A stretch of DNA of 64,000 nt from Octopus vulgaris. Its lineage: Eukaryota. This document shows positions 12,531-25,030 of this stretch, piece by piece (the stretch's first letter is position 1; the number at the start of each line of letters is the position of its first letter). The stretch spans positions 110,980,001 through 111,044,000 of the forward strand of contig OX597820.1 in the NCBI GenBank assembly GCA_951406725.2. Reading direction: 5' to 3'. The notes under the pieces were generated by a model. That model saw nothing but the letters and a program-made list of their open reading frames with translations, had not been told where the DNA came from and made no database searches. Both the position numbers and the translations under genes were made by a program.

Positions 12531-14999
12531 GGATTTGGTTGACGAAAACTGAAAGAAGCCCATAGGATAAAGTGGCGAGCCATGAGTTGAGACTGAGTGT
12601 CAAAATCATGGTCGTCACTACAGAGCCTGCGTAGACGGAGGAATTGGGAATAGGGGATGGAAAGCTTAGTGTGTTCGGGGCGATTTCTACCAGCAGGTCT
12701 CGGGAGTGGCCATGAGAACGAGAATGGGCCTCAACTATGCGAACCTGTTCGTTGGCTATGTTGAGGCCCAAATATTCTCCAGTTTCACTGATCCCACTCC
12801 CGAACTATATGGCCGTTATATTGACGACTGTATCGGTGCCATCTCACTCACCCGCGAACATCTAGACTCCTTCCTCTCTTTTGGCAAATCTTTCCATCCT
12901 GCCTTCCACTTCTCCTGCACTAACTCTGACACCTCTGTCTCCTTTCTTGACATTTCGGTCAGCATTCATCACTCCACTCTTACCACCTCCATCCACTACA
13001 AACACACAGACTCACACTCATACCTCAACTTCTCCTCCCGCCCCGAACACACTAAGCTTTCCATCCCCTATTCCCAATTCCTCCGTCTACGTAGGCTCAA
13101 CTCATGGCTCGCCACTTTATCCTACGTGGATATCCCCTCACCACTGTCCACACCGCCCTTGCCAGAGCACGTTCCATGGACCGTGCATCTGCTCTCTCTC
13201 CCCTAACCCGCCCTGCAGGCTTCCGCCTCCCTTTTCCCCTCACATACCACCCCACCACCCTACCTCTCCAACGCACCATTCTCCGAGCTTTCCGACATCT
13301 CCAGTTCGACCCGTCCACTTCACACATCTTCTTCAACCGACCCCTCCCCTCCTTCAAACGAGCCCACAACCTACGAGACCTCTTGGTCCACAGCTTCTTC
13401 TCCAACCTTACCTTCCAACCTGGCTTGTTCCCTTGCTCCCGCCCACGCTGCCGCACTTGCCCTTACCTCTCCAAAACACCCTCCTCACCGGCACCCATCA
13501 TCGACTCTATCGCATCACCGACTCCTTCACCTGCACCTCTACCAATATCATCTATTGCATCTCCTGCTCTCTCTGCCATTCTCTGTACATCAAACAAGCG
13601 GGATGCCGCTCGGCTGACCGGTTCGCGGAACACCTCCGAGACATCTGCCTCGGTCTCACGCCATTTCCGCTCTACCGGCGACTCTTTGTCCGTGTTTTGC
13701 ATAGAGGCCATCCTGACTCCCGTTTGCGCTGTGAACAGGGATTAATCTTCTCTCTTCGCTCCTTTAAGCCATTTGGGCTCATCTCTCTTCCCCTCTTCAT
13801 CTAACCTCCTCTCCTTCCCTCTCTCCCCCTCCTACTTCCTCTCACCCACCTCTCCTCTCTTGCTCCGACTCCTACTTCTCTTCACCCCTACTTCTCTTCA
13901 CCCCTACTTCTCTTCACCCCTACTCTCTTTCTCTCTTCTCTCTTACTCTCTTTCTCTCTTCTCTCTTACTCTCTTTCTCTCTTCACCCTTACTCTCTTTC
14001 TCTCTTCTCTCTTACTCTCTCACTCTCTCTTTCTCTCTTCTCTCTTACTCCCTTTCTCTCTTCTCTCTTACTCTCTTACTCTCTTTCTCTCTTCTGTCTT
14101 CTCTCTTACTCTCTTTCTCTCTACTCACATATCCACCTTCCCCTTCGCCCTTCATCGTCAACCGTCCCCATAAGCCCACCCCACCCTTACACATTCCTAC
14201 TCCACCTTCTCTATCCTTCTCATCCCTTATACCCACCTCTCCCACATACCCACCTCTCCCACATACCCACCTCTCCCCCCCTCTGCCTACCCACAAATCC
14301 CCACCTCTACCTACCCACATACCCCAAATCTACTCCAACCCTCAGCCTAACCCACACCCCACACCCCACCCGTGCTTTCCCACTCATGCCTCCCAACAAC
14401 ATCACACCACACCACACTACACCATACAACATTACACATCACATCACAACACACCACCCACACACCAGCACTGACCAATTCCCATCCGCACATTTTCACA
14501 CCTACACATACACACACGCACACGTCAAGATCACCAGCCCTCTTTCACAAGCACATACATACTCTTTTTTACACACACGCGCACCTTCGTGTTGGGGGTC
14601 ATCTTTACTTTGTTATCTCCCCTACTTCTTCGATCTCCTGTGTGATCCTTCTATTATCTTTCTCTCCTTTTTTTCCTGAGCGCAATACTAATACATCTGT
14701 TTGCTTTATACACCACCTTTCTTCGTCTTTTGTTTTTTTCGTGAACTCTCCCCCTATACATATATATACATATATATGTGTGTATGTAAATGTTTGTGTG
14801 TCTGTGATTGTCACCCACCGTCGCTTGACAACCGACGTCCGTGTGTTTATGCCCCCGTAACTAGCGCTTTGACAAAAGGGACCGACCGAATAAGTACTAG
14901 GCTTACAAAGAATCAATCCTAGAGTTGATTTGTTCGACTAAAAGCGGTGCTTCAGCATTACCAGAATCAAATGAATGAAACAAGTAAAAGAATAAGAGA
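12531..14999 (+). mobile_element. SINE family A split by a PLE insertion at its internal TA tract
   Basis: GGATTTGGTTGACGAAAACTGAAAGAAGCCC (12531-12561) is the SINE middle. The 3' half (CGCTTGACAACCGA...GAAACAAGTAAAAGA) lies at ~14775-14999. Confidence 0.7.
12562..14760 (+). mobile_element. 5'-truncated Penelope-like element (CT-rich family) with an inverted internal segment at its 5' end
   Basis: YQQVSGVAM, YANLFVG, YGRYIDDC, VSFLDI, SIPYSQFLRLRR, PCSRPRCRTC, FTCTSTNIIYCISCSLC...DRFAEHLRDI (degenerate GIY-YIG). 12563-12682 is the reverse complement of 13039-13124 plus 34 nt. Confidence 0.88.
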
Positions 15000-15156
15000 A
15001 TATATATTTATGCATAAATATATATGTATCTCTCTCTCTCTCCCCCTCTCTCTCTATATATATATACATACACACACACATATATATGCATGTGTGTGTG
15101 TGTGTGTTTGTGTAGTAAGGTAGATAAATAGTGTTAGGCTTTATACACATATTTAC

Positions 15157-18100
15157 CAGGGGCGTGCACTCTCAGCTATGCAAGCTATGCGCTGCATGCC
15201 TTCTTTGTTTCAAAGAAAACACGTCCAGTTGTTTTAGAAATATTTTGTCTCCCCTTCCCCTCTCTCAGTGACTCGTACTTCTGCTTTGATAAATGCTTTG
15301 AGAAGATCGCATGACACACACTCCCTCTCTGTCTGTATTAGTTTGTCCTTCCTTCCTCTCTCTCTCTCTCTCTCTCTTAGTGACTCGATAAATTTATTGT
15401 AGCTTGTCATGCGTTGAGAAGACCGCATGACACCCCCTCTCTCTCTCTCTTTGTTAGTTTGTCCCTCCTTCCTCTCTCTCTAAGTGACTTGTTTAAAAGA
15501 TATGCTAGGAGGAATGGTCACCCCCTTCTCTCTCAGTGATTCGACAAATTCAGTGTAGCGTGTCATGCTCTGAGAAGACCGCATGTCACGCCTCTCTGTC
15601 TATTTTGACCGAAACAAGAGCAAGCCCATAATTCTTGAGTTAGCCAGCTGAAATGTTGGAATAGCCTTGGCATGTAAGTTTGAATTCTTTTATCCAAAAC
15701 ATCCATTTGCACTATTATATATTTTGGAGTGTTTTGAAAACAAAAATATAATCTATATTATATTTCTTATTTCAGAAATAGCTAATTAATCTTAAATTAA
15801 TTTAACAAAGGGTATTTTTCCGTTTTGTTGAAATTGACTTACAATTTACGCCGGCGCTTCCACGTGGGTCCTTATATAAGAGCAGCCTTTTTCAAAATGA
15901 GTGAAATGTGTGTTATAAACGATATTTTGAGAAGTAGTTTTTCGAAAAGAGACTTCGATGGAAAATAATTAATTATAAGTGGTGGGAGACCAACCGAATT
16001 TACCTAATTTGCGAAGCTACAACAAGAAATTCACGAGACAATTTCAGGTTAATTCGTATGAAAAGAAGAAATGATTAACTGGAAGTGTTGCTCTTAATAA
16101 ATTATTCTGTTGGCCGTGTTTACTTTTTGGCTTAGAAAAAAATGTTTGGAATGATAAAGGCTATGATGATTTAAATAATTTACATATGGCTATGCTAAAG
16201 AACGAGCGTTCTCAAAGGCATATAAAATGTTTGATAGACCTTAAAATATTCGGAAATGTTCGCATAGACTTACAATTAGATGCACGTAAAAATCAAAGCA
16301 TACAACATCATAATGAGAAAGTTCGACGAAACAGATCCATTCTGCAACGATTGATCGATGTTGTTATTTTTTTTAGGCCTCCAGGAATTATCGTTTCGGG
16401 GTCATTTTGAATCTGAAGGCTCTAATAATCGTGGAAATTATAAAGAACTCGTTTATTTGATCAGTAAATATGACAAAAAAAATGGAAAGTCACTTAGATA
16501 CAGCTTCTATCTTCACTGGTCTGTCGAACAGAATTCAAAATGACTTGATCGAAGCAATTCATAAAGTTATGTTGAATGAGATGCAGAAGGAAATTGAGCA
16601 AGCTAAGTTTGTTTCTATTCTTGTTGATGAGACATCTGATGTCTCAGCATCTTCACAACTGTCAACAGTTTTACGTTATGTTACAGAAGACTGTGTGACG
16701 AAAGAACGATTTATCGGTTTTAGTGATGTTAGTGCAGATCGATCTGCAAATGCTTTGAGATGTGGAAATGTGGAAACTAATTGATTGCACAGACATATGA
16801 TGGTGCCGCTACAATGGCAGGACAACTAAATGGGTTACAGGCAAAAGTAAGAAAGAGATATGAATGTGCGATCTTTATTCATTGTTGTGCCCATATCCTA
16901 AATTTAGTTCTTTCACAATCATGCTCTGCTATGAAAGAATGCAAGATATTTTTTTCTACAATAAACGGACTCGGTATATTTTTTACGAAATCACCGAAAA
17001 GGGCTAATGCATTAGATAACATTGTTAAAAAAAGATTTCCGAAAGCAACAGCAACTAGATGGAATTACTCTTCACGTCTTATTACCACGAAGGAAAATTA
17101 TAATTTCATAATCAGCCTTTTGAACACATCATTGAAAATCCTGAAGCATGGGATGATACCACCATAAATTCAGCAATTGGATTCTTACACACTTTAAAAG
17201 CTCCTGATTTCTTATTTTTGTTAGAAGTATTCAGTGACATTTTTTCTTTTACTGACGTTTTATTTAACATACTCCAGAGTAAAAGTCATGACATAGTGTA
17301 TTGTAAAGAGCAAATAGATAAAACTAGACCTGTACTTGAAAACAAACTTGATAATTTTTCAATCTTTTATGATAGGTTAGGGGGAAAATATGGAGTCGAT
17401 GCAGGAATCGGAATTCAGAGATCCAAGAATATATCTATTGATCCCCAATCACATTATAGAATGCTTTATAACAAAATTATCAGTACAATAGTTGACCAAA
17501 TAAAAGCACGATATTCATCCTTAGAAGAGTTTAAATTCATGGAACTTTTGAATTTCAACAAAGTTGATGAGTATTGCAAACAATTTCCTGTGGACTCTTT
17601 AGATTCTTTAAGAACAACTTATGGCAGATTTTTTGATGTAATATGATTACAAAGTGAGCTCAATGTGATGTATTCAATGAAAGATTTTAAAAAACCAAGT
17701 GTAAGTCATTTAATGAGTTACATTAACAGCAGTAATCTTGTTGAAGCTATGCCAGAACTCTTCAATCTGTGCAAGTTGATTTTGACAATTCCGTTTACCA
17801 CTGCTTCTGTAGAGCGATCCTTTTCTGCATTAAGTAGAATTAAAACATACCAAAGAAATGCGACAGGAGAAAGAAGACTGTCTGGGTTAGCACTAATGTC
17901 AATTGAAAAAGATTTATTACAAGAATTGATGAAAAGAGAAGATTTCCATGAAAATGTGATAGATATATTTGCCCAGAAAGATCGAAAAATTGAATTAATT
18001 TATAAATGAGGTAAATAACATTTTAAAACATTAAAAAGATTAATATATTTAAGAGCATATATTACAGGTTTTGCTTAGTATTTGTTATAACGTAAGGTTC

Positions 18101-18976
18101 GACCTTCTTACATCAGTATTGTTTCGCAGAAGAAATGTTTCGATTTCTTTGTCAAACCTAACCTACATAGATTTCCCTTTCTGTGCTGCTGGGTGTAGTC
18201 TATTTACGGCTGTAAATAAGTGTCTTGTTTCACTTTCAATAAGTGTCTTGTTTCAATCTCAGAGATGTTGACTTCTGCCACAACAGTTTTGGGAGGCTTT
18301 TTACAATGTTGAATTTTCGCTGTCTTTCATTGTGTGTGTATTCATGTATATGTGTGTATTTTCAATGCGTGTGTGTGAGACGTAGTCTTTTAATGTACGG
18401 AGTTCAGTAAGTCTCAGAACAGTCAATAATTTTCCCGGAATTGACAAGTAGCATGATAAAGCACCTGACTTGTTTTCGAGAGTGTAACGATCTAAAACCA
18501 TGGACATATAATGTTACTAAATGTGTTCTTTTAATTAAATCATTTCATTCAGCTCAACCAATAGGGGCTAATGCAGAATCGCACCTCTTTGAAAAACGAA
18601 TTTTTGTGAAAACTTTTTTCGGATTCCTACCTTTAACAGAGATTCTGAATATGCAAAAATATTGACAGAATCCAATTTCATCTTTATTACATTTCACTTA
18701 TGATTTTTAGACTTTTCTAAGGGAGAATGAGGATGGGAAAGCACTGACGTTTCGAAGAGCAAAGAATAATACAAACAATACACTTATTTCAGGCTCATCT
18801 CTACACAGCCATTTTTTATTCCCTGTTTATTCTAGGTCATACGAGGGTGATTGCATATTCAGAATCTCTTATATGTAAATCGTAGGAATACGAAAATGTT
18901 TTACTGAAAAATTGCCGGTGGGGGTGGCAATGAAATTCATTGCATGCCCAACGCCGGAAGTCACCACACGCCACTG
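15157..18976 (+). mobile_element. Complete hAT DNA transposon (3820 bp) with 8-bp TSD
   Basis: TIRs CAGGGGCGTG / CACGCCACTG. TSD ATATTTAC at 15149-15156 and 18977-18984. Subterminal repeats containing GAAGACCGCATG. Confidence 0.96.
15897..18009 (+). pseudogene. hAT transposase (ZMYM1/DUF4371-like), several frameshifts and stops
   Basis: LFCWPCLLF, LSFRGHFES, NRIQNDLI, SILVDETSDVS, AQTYDGAATM, IHCCAHILNL, TRW, C-terminal TTASVERSFSALSRIK dimerisation motif. Confidence 0.93.
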
Positions 18977-19659
18977 ATATTTACATTGGACATTAAAAAA
19001 TACAGTTTATAAAATTTAAAAAAATATTTATATGGAGAGAAATAGTGTGTCTACCTTATAACAGCTCGTTTGGATTTCTCTTATAGCCATTCTCGATGCC
19101 ATTGTCCTTGTCCTGGGCGAGGAGGTCGGAATCTAAGTTTTTTACGAAAAAATGTTTTATCTCGTTTGGCTTAACAGCCCTTTTTGTTTGTGTTACTGTT
19201 ATTCTCCGTGTCCTGTCTTTTACTGTTTATATTTTGTACTGTCGTTACTGTCCTGGTTTTGTTACGATTTTTATACCCCTCCACAAAAAAATCTCAAATT
19301 TTATTTAATTTGATTTTCGCAGGAAGGAAAGTTTTATTGAAGTCATGTATCGCCTTGACCTTCGAAAGGTGGAGTAGATGAAACAAAGGCGACTGAAGAA
19401 GGGGAATTTCCCTTGTTTTATATGTCCTGTACTCTATTTTTCGTTGTTTAAAAGAAATTTCCATTTCTTTGGTTTTGTGTTTATGTTTTCGTTTCTTATT
19501 GTGTTCGACGTTTTTTTGGTATCCTGTACCCATATATACATGTATATATACATGTAGAGGTAGATACGTACATATATGTATATATATATATGCATATGTT
19601 TTATTTATTAATTTATTCTATGACGGAACGCACGCATCCATTTCTAAGTAAGATCGTTC

Positions 19660-19700
<41 letters not shown>

Positions 19701-20071
19701 GTGTGAGTGTGTGTGTGTGTGTTTATACATTTTATATGTATATGTATATGTATATACATACATACAGACATACATTTGTATATTTACATGGAAACAGTTG
19801 AATGTGATTTCCAGATCGCTGCTGTTTAGTTGTCACCAGACTGTGGTCTTTAAGGCTTTACATATTGTGCATTTGGCAGAATGCTGAGTGCGATTTGGGA
19901 GGAAGGGGTGGTGGGAATAGTTTTTCGGATCTGATAAAGAAAGTTTGTTATTAATTGGCTTTTATAGAGTTCATAAGGCGTGTGTCATACTCAAGTTATA
20001 ATTTATGTTGGTCGAAATTTTGACTGATCAAGTCTTTATAAATGATAAAATAGACATTACTTCCACATTTT

Positions 20072-20183
20072 GTTATAATTAACTACTGTCAACTTTAGTA
20101 GAGGCACCACTCACACACAGTGTTATAATTAACTATTGTGAGCATCAGTGGGAGCATCATTCCCACGTGGGTTATAATTAACT
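20072..20183. repeat. Degenerate ~50-bp tandem repeat with an invariant GTTATAATTAACT core (3 copies)
   Basis: Core at 20072, 20122 and 20171. The intervening segments align with each other but are strongly diverged. Confidence 0.7.
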
Positions 20184-20751
20184 GGTGTTTAACGGAATTG
20201 AGCTTATTCCTTAGTTTCTTGTTTCGAGTTCTATTCCCTATGCGAAGACACCTGTGACAGACCAGTGTATTAAATGGGTGGGGAGGGGCATTAACTTTTA
20301 TCAGCTTAACGCTACGTAAAATGGACATAAGCTGCTGCGGACCATATCCTTTTAATTCAGGAAAGATTAGCTAATTATGTAAAATATAGTAAATATTTCA
20401 GTTATAGAGCCAAAGATAAACTAACTCTAGTTTGAGATAGCAACGTTATTTTAATCCCCATTTAAAGACATTACATTTCAATTAGCTTCTTAGACCTTTC
20501 AGAAAATCCCCAGCAGCTAAAACGTATGACTTTAGTGCCAATTCAAAATAAAACCATTATTTCAGTAATGACTGCCGTAGACCGAAAAATAAGTTCTCTG
20601 TGAATGATTATCCTCGTTCCAGTTTCGAGCTCCGTTGAAGATATACTTTATGCTTTGTCTTCTGTGAAAAAAATATATAAATTTTGGTGTTTATTCAAAA
20701 TGTGGTAGTTAACTTGTAATTGTTTGTATTGTTGAAAGGAACGACGTCATT

Positions 20752-21099
20752 ATGTATTACATGGGAAAATGCGATCAAGAGAAATAATTTTCTTCAGATT
20801 ATAAAACTGGAAAAGTAGAGAAGTTATTACACTCGGAAAAGTTCAGAACAAGTTATTACATCTGGTAAAGTACAGAACAAGAAAATTTTTACTTCAAATA
20901 TTGCAGCTAAGGATAAAAGGTACTACTTAAACTTAACTTAGCTGCAATATTTTAAGTAAAAATTTTCTTGTTCTGTACTTGACCAGATGTAATAACTTGT
21001 CCTAAACTTTTCCAAGTGTAATAACTTGTCCTGTACTTTTCCAGTTTTATAATCTTAAGAATAGTATTTCCCTTGCTCGCATTTTTCCATGTAATCCAT
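20752..21099. mobile_element. Fold-back/MITE-like palindrome with internal ~29-bp subrepeats
   Basis: Arms 20752-20911 and 20937-21099 are imperfect reverse complements around a 25-nt loop. Each arm contains AAGTTATTACA-type subrepeats. Confidence 0.8.
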
Positions 21100-21638
21100 G
21101 GTTTTCCCAGGTTATGCTATTATGCTAATTAATAATGTGTCAAATGTGTTAATTAGCGGTGTCGTTGATAATTTTTTCCTTACCTCAATGATGCCTTTAC
21201 AGAACTATATTCACAAACAAGCATAGAGAAACAAACACTCAACGTTTTTCATTTAAACTTCATTGCATGAGATTGATACCATGGAATTTTTCGAACTGAG
21301 TTCTATTATTCAAGCTTAATTAAAATATAGTCTGTTTTTAAAATAAAATAGGTAATTATACTTACATCCAATTTTTTGCCTTACTTATATTTTTCATGAT
21401 ATTTTATCTCACAAATTTTTTGATAGCAATTTTTGTTATATTGGGCCAAAACTACGAAATTCTTCATGCTTTCTTCTATCATTATGATAAATATATTTTG
21501 CTTTTAAAGTGAAAAGTTATTTAGATCTAAACTTGATTGGTGGCGTTACTTACTCTCCTATAACGTTGCTACATATTTTGATGTAAATTTTTTTCTACTT
21601 GACCAAATCACAAATTTTTTAATGTCAAAATGTAACTA

Positions 21639-22024
21639 GGCGCAGGAGTGTCTGTGTGGTAAGTAGCTTGCTAACCAACCACATTCCGGGTTCAGTCACA
21701 CTGCGTGGCATCTTGGGCAAGTGTCTTCTGCTATAGCCCCGGGCCGACCAATGTCTTGTGAGTGGATTTGGTAGACGGAAATTGAAAGAAGCCTGTCGTA
21801 TATATGTATATATATATATGTGTGTGTGTTTGTCCCCCTAGCATTGCTTGACAACCGATGCTGGTGTGTTTACGTCCCCGTCACTTAGCAGTTCGGCAAA
21901 AAAGACCGATAGAATAAGTACTGGGCTTACAAAGAATAAGTCCCGGGGTCGATTTGCTCGACTAAAGGCGGTGCTCCAGCATGGCCGCAATCAAATGACT
22001 GAAACAAGTAAAAGAGTAAAAGAG
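21639..22024 (+). mobile_element. Full-length tRNA-derived SINE (family A)
   Basis: A-box-like TGTCTGTGTGG and B-box-like GGTTCAGTC, internal TA/TG microsatellite, tail GAAACAAGTAAAAGAGTAAAAGAG. Several homologous copies occur in the window. Confidence 0.9.
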
Positions 22025-23238
22025 ATGGGAACCAGTGCTCTTCAAAAATGTTAACAGTTTTCAATTTGGTTAAGAACTGAATTAGTAACAAGCTCTGAAA
22101 GATGCTGTGTGAGTAAATTGCGGTCTTAAGAATATTATTCAACTACTACTGTAGTTGAATGATATATGTATGTATTTATGTATGCATATATGTCAGGGGC
22201 GTGCACTCTCAGGTATGCAAGGTATGCGTTGCATGCCCTGTGATTTTTTTATCCATATGATCGGAAAATTAGATAAAATAGTTACTTTGTTTCAAAGAAA
22301 ATCCGTCCAGTTGTATTTTTCTCCCCTTCTCTCTCAGTGACTCTACTTCTGCTTTTAGAAGTCATGCATTGACAAGACCAGCATGTCAGACACTCCCTCT
22401 CTGTCTCAGTTTGTCCTTCCTTCCTCTCTCTCTCACTCTTAGCGACTTGTTTAAAAGACATGCTAAGGGGATAGGGCTTTTGAAATATTTTTACCCCCTT
22501 CCTCTTTCTCTTAGTGGCTATGCTGTGGTAAGACCCGCATGACCTCCCTCTCTGTCTCTTAGTTTTTCCCTCCTTCCTCTCTCTCTCTCTTAGTGAATTG
22601 ATAAAACAGATGCTAGGAGGAAAGGTCGTTCATAATATTTTGTACCCTCTTCCTCTCTCTCTCGGTGGCATGTCATGCTATGAGCTGACCGCATGATACA
22701 CACTTTCTGTATCTTTCTGTTTTGTTGAAATTGACATACAATTTACGCCGGCGCTTCCACGTGTGTTCGTATATAAGAACAGCCTTTTACGAAATGAGTG
22801 AAATGTGTGTTAGAAACGACATTTTGAGAAATAGTTTTTCGAAAGGAGAATTCGATGGAAAATAATTAATTATATCGGTGGGAGACCAACACCGAAAAGG
22901 GCTAATGCATTAGATAACATTGTTAAAAGATTTCCGAAGGCAACAGCCTCACGGCTTATTATTGCCACAGAGGAAAATTATCATTTCATAATCAGCCTTT
23001 TTGAGCACATCATTGAAAATCCTGAAGTATGGGATGATACCACCATAAATTCAGCAATTGGATTCTTACAAACTTTAAAAGCTCCTGATTTCTTATTTTT
23101 GTTAGAAGTATTCAGTAAGATTTTTTCTTTTTTCATATTTAACATCCTTCAGAGTAAAAGTCATGACATAGTGTATTGTAAAGATCAAATAGATAAAACT
23201 AGAACTGTACTCGAAAACAAACTTGATAATTTTTCAAT

Positions 23239-23559
23239 CTCTTTTACTTGTTTCAGTCATTTGACTGCGGCCATGCTCGAGCACCGCTTTTAATCGAGCA
23301 ACTCGACCCCGGGACTTATTCTATCGGTCTATTTTGCCGAACCGCTAAGTAACGGGGACATAAACACACCAGCATCGGTTGCCAAGCAATGCTAGGGGGA
23401 CAAACACAGACGCACAAACACACACACGCATATATATATATATATACCACGGGCTTCTTTCAATTTCCGTCTACCAAATCCACTCACAAGGCTTTGGTCG
23501 GCCCGAGACTATAGTAGAATACCCTTGCCCAAGGTGCCACGCAGTGGAACTGAACCCGG
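23239..23559 (-). mobile_element. SINE family A, 5'-truncated, inserted in the hAT transposase remnant
   Basis: Reverse complement of the 21639-22024 SINE. It interrupts sequence that is contiguous at ~17360-17385 in the full hAT. Confidence 0.9.
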
Positions 23560-23776
23560 GGGGAAAAATATGGAGTCGATGCAGGAATCGGAATTCAGAG
23601 ATCCAAGAATATATCTATTGAGCCCCAACGACATTATAAAATGCTTTATAACAAAATTATCAGTACAATAGTTGACCAAATAAAAGCACGATATTCATCT
23701 TTAGAAGAGTTTAAATTCATGGAACTTTCGAATTTCAACAAATTTGATGAGTATTGCAAACAATTTAAAAATCATG

Positions 23777-24028
23777 GGTACTATTTAAGAAGAGTGGTCC
23801 CGGTGCGCGCACCCGAGCATCCACGCCAGCTAGTCGTGACTAGTCGATCCTTACTTTGTGTTTTATTTACTTTGTTTAAAACATTATTTACTTTGTGTTT
23901 TTGTGTTTTATATATTTTGTTTAAAAAATTTATTTACTTTGCTAGATAGTCGTAGGATCGACTAGTCACGACTAGCCAGCGCGGATGCGCGAGCGCGCGC
24001 AACGGGCCCACTCTTCTTAAATAGTACC
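23777..24028. mobile_element. MITE with ~76-bp GC-rich terminal inverted repeats and AT-rich core
   Basis: GGTACTATTTAAGAAGAGTGG...GACTAGTCGATCCT / AGGATCGACTAGTC...CCACTCTTCTTAAATAGTACC. Confidence 0.85.
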
Positions 24029-24218
24029 AGGGCGACGTTTTTTTTTTTATTCTCGGTCATACGGGGTTGATTGCATATTCAGAATCTCCCATATGTAAAT
24101 CGTAGGAATTCGAAAATTTTTTTACTGAAAACTTGCCCGGGGGGGGGGGGGGCAAAGAAATTCATTGCATGCCCAGCCCCGGAAGTCACCGCACGCCACG
24201 TATGTATATATGTGTGTG

Positions 24219-24254
<36 letters not shown>

Positions 24255-24519
24255 TGTATGTATATATGTATGTATGTATGTATGTATGCATATATGTATG
24301 CATGCATGTATGTATGTATAAATGTGTGTGTGTGTGTGTCTGTATGTGTGTGTATATATGTATGTATGTATTATATGTATAGTTCAGCACACACACACAC
24401 ACATATGACGGACTCTCCCGTCAGATACGACGTATGAGTGTTCAGCGAGAAGACAATAGTAGACATCCAACCAAACAGACAATCAACAATACACATTATT
24501 ATTACTATTATTCACCAGT

Positions 24520-25030
24520 GTTTGCAAGTCATTCACTTCACCTAGTCCTTAGACCACCCATGTGAGTCCTTAGACCATCAAAAGCAATATGGGTATGGGC
24601 ATGACTTATTAAACCAGCACGCGTTCTAGCGGAGAAAACACAATGTACACGATGATGGTTTGCGGTAAGACTGCCGTTGTGTTGGTTTATTTTCCTATTT
24701 TTCCATAACTGCTCTTGATGAAGTATCCTTTGAGTTTCGAAATTTTGAAGCTGACAAAAGCATTCTCTCCTCCAGTCTGCGCAGTTTCTTGCAAGATTCT
24801 CAAAGCTTTCTTTGAAATGCCAGAATATGCATTTCAAAATATCTTTTACTTTGTCCTTATACCGTAGAAGTGGTCGGTTACATTGCGTCGTGAATTTTCA
24901 AGCTGACCATGAAAGATTTGTTTTCATTTTCGACCATTATTCATGCGAAGGATGCGTCCATACCATCGCATCTGCGACTTGATTGGAGCATCAGAAGTAA
25001 CCGCAAACTTCTCTGTGTGACAAACCCGTT
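24520..25030 (-). mobile_element. RTE-like LINE 3' remnant
   Basis: QMRWYGRILRM, QIFHGQL, ENLARNCADWRR and C-terminal CVFSARTRAGLISH. Confidence 0.7.

Larger units (their letters stand above)
22194..24200 (+). mobile_element. Internally deleted copy of the same hAT family, carrying a SINE and a MITE
   Basis: Same left end CAGGGGCGTGCACTCTCAG and right end ...GAAGTCACCGCACGCCAC. Transposase segments align with ~15897-15995 and ~17000-17590. No clean TSD seen. Confidence 0.9.

Noticed and set aside
15897-18009. Host ZMYM1-like gene
   Set aside because: It is bounded by TIRs and an 8-bp TSD and broken by frameshifts, so it is a transposon and not a domesticated gene.
18740-18765. Minus-strand CTCTTCGAAACGTCAGTG resembling the 3' half of an HHR
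   Set aside because: The CTGANGA half is absent.
19385-19420. CTGAAGA followed by the hairpin AGGG..CCCT
   Set aside because: No GAAA or stem III follows, so it is at best a half motif.
20072-20183. CRISPR-like repeat-spacer pattern
   Set aside because: The repeat is only 13 bp, the 'spacers' are homologous to each other, there are no cas genes, and the context is eukaryotic.
21639-21720. tRNA gene
   Set aside because: The A/B-box-like head continues into a multicopy SINE body, and I could not fold a full cloverleaf.
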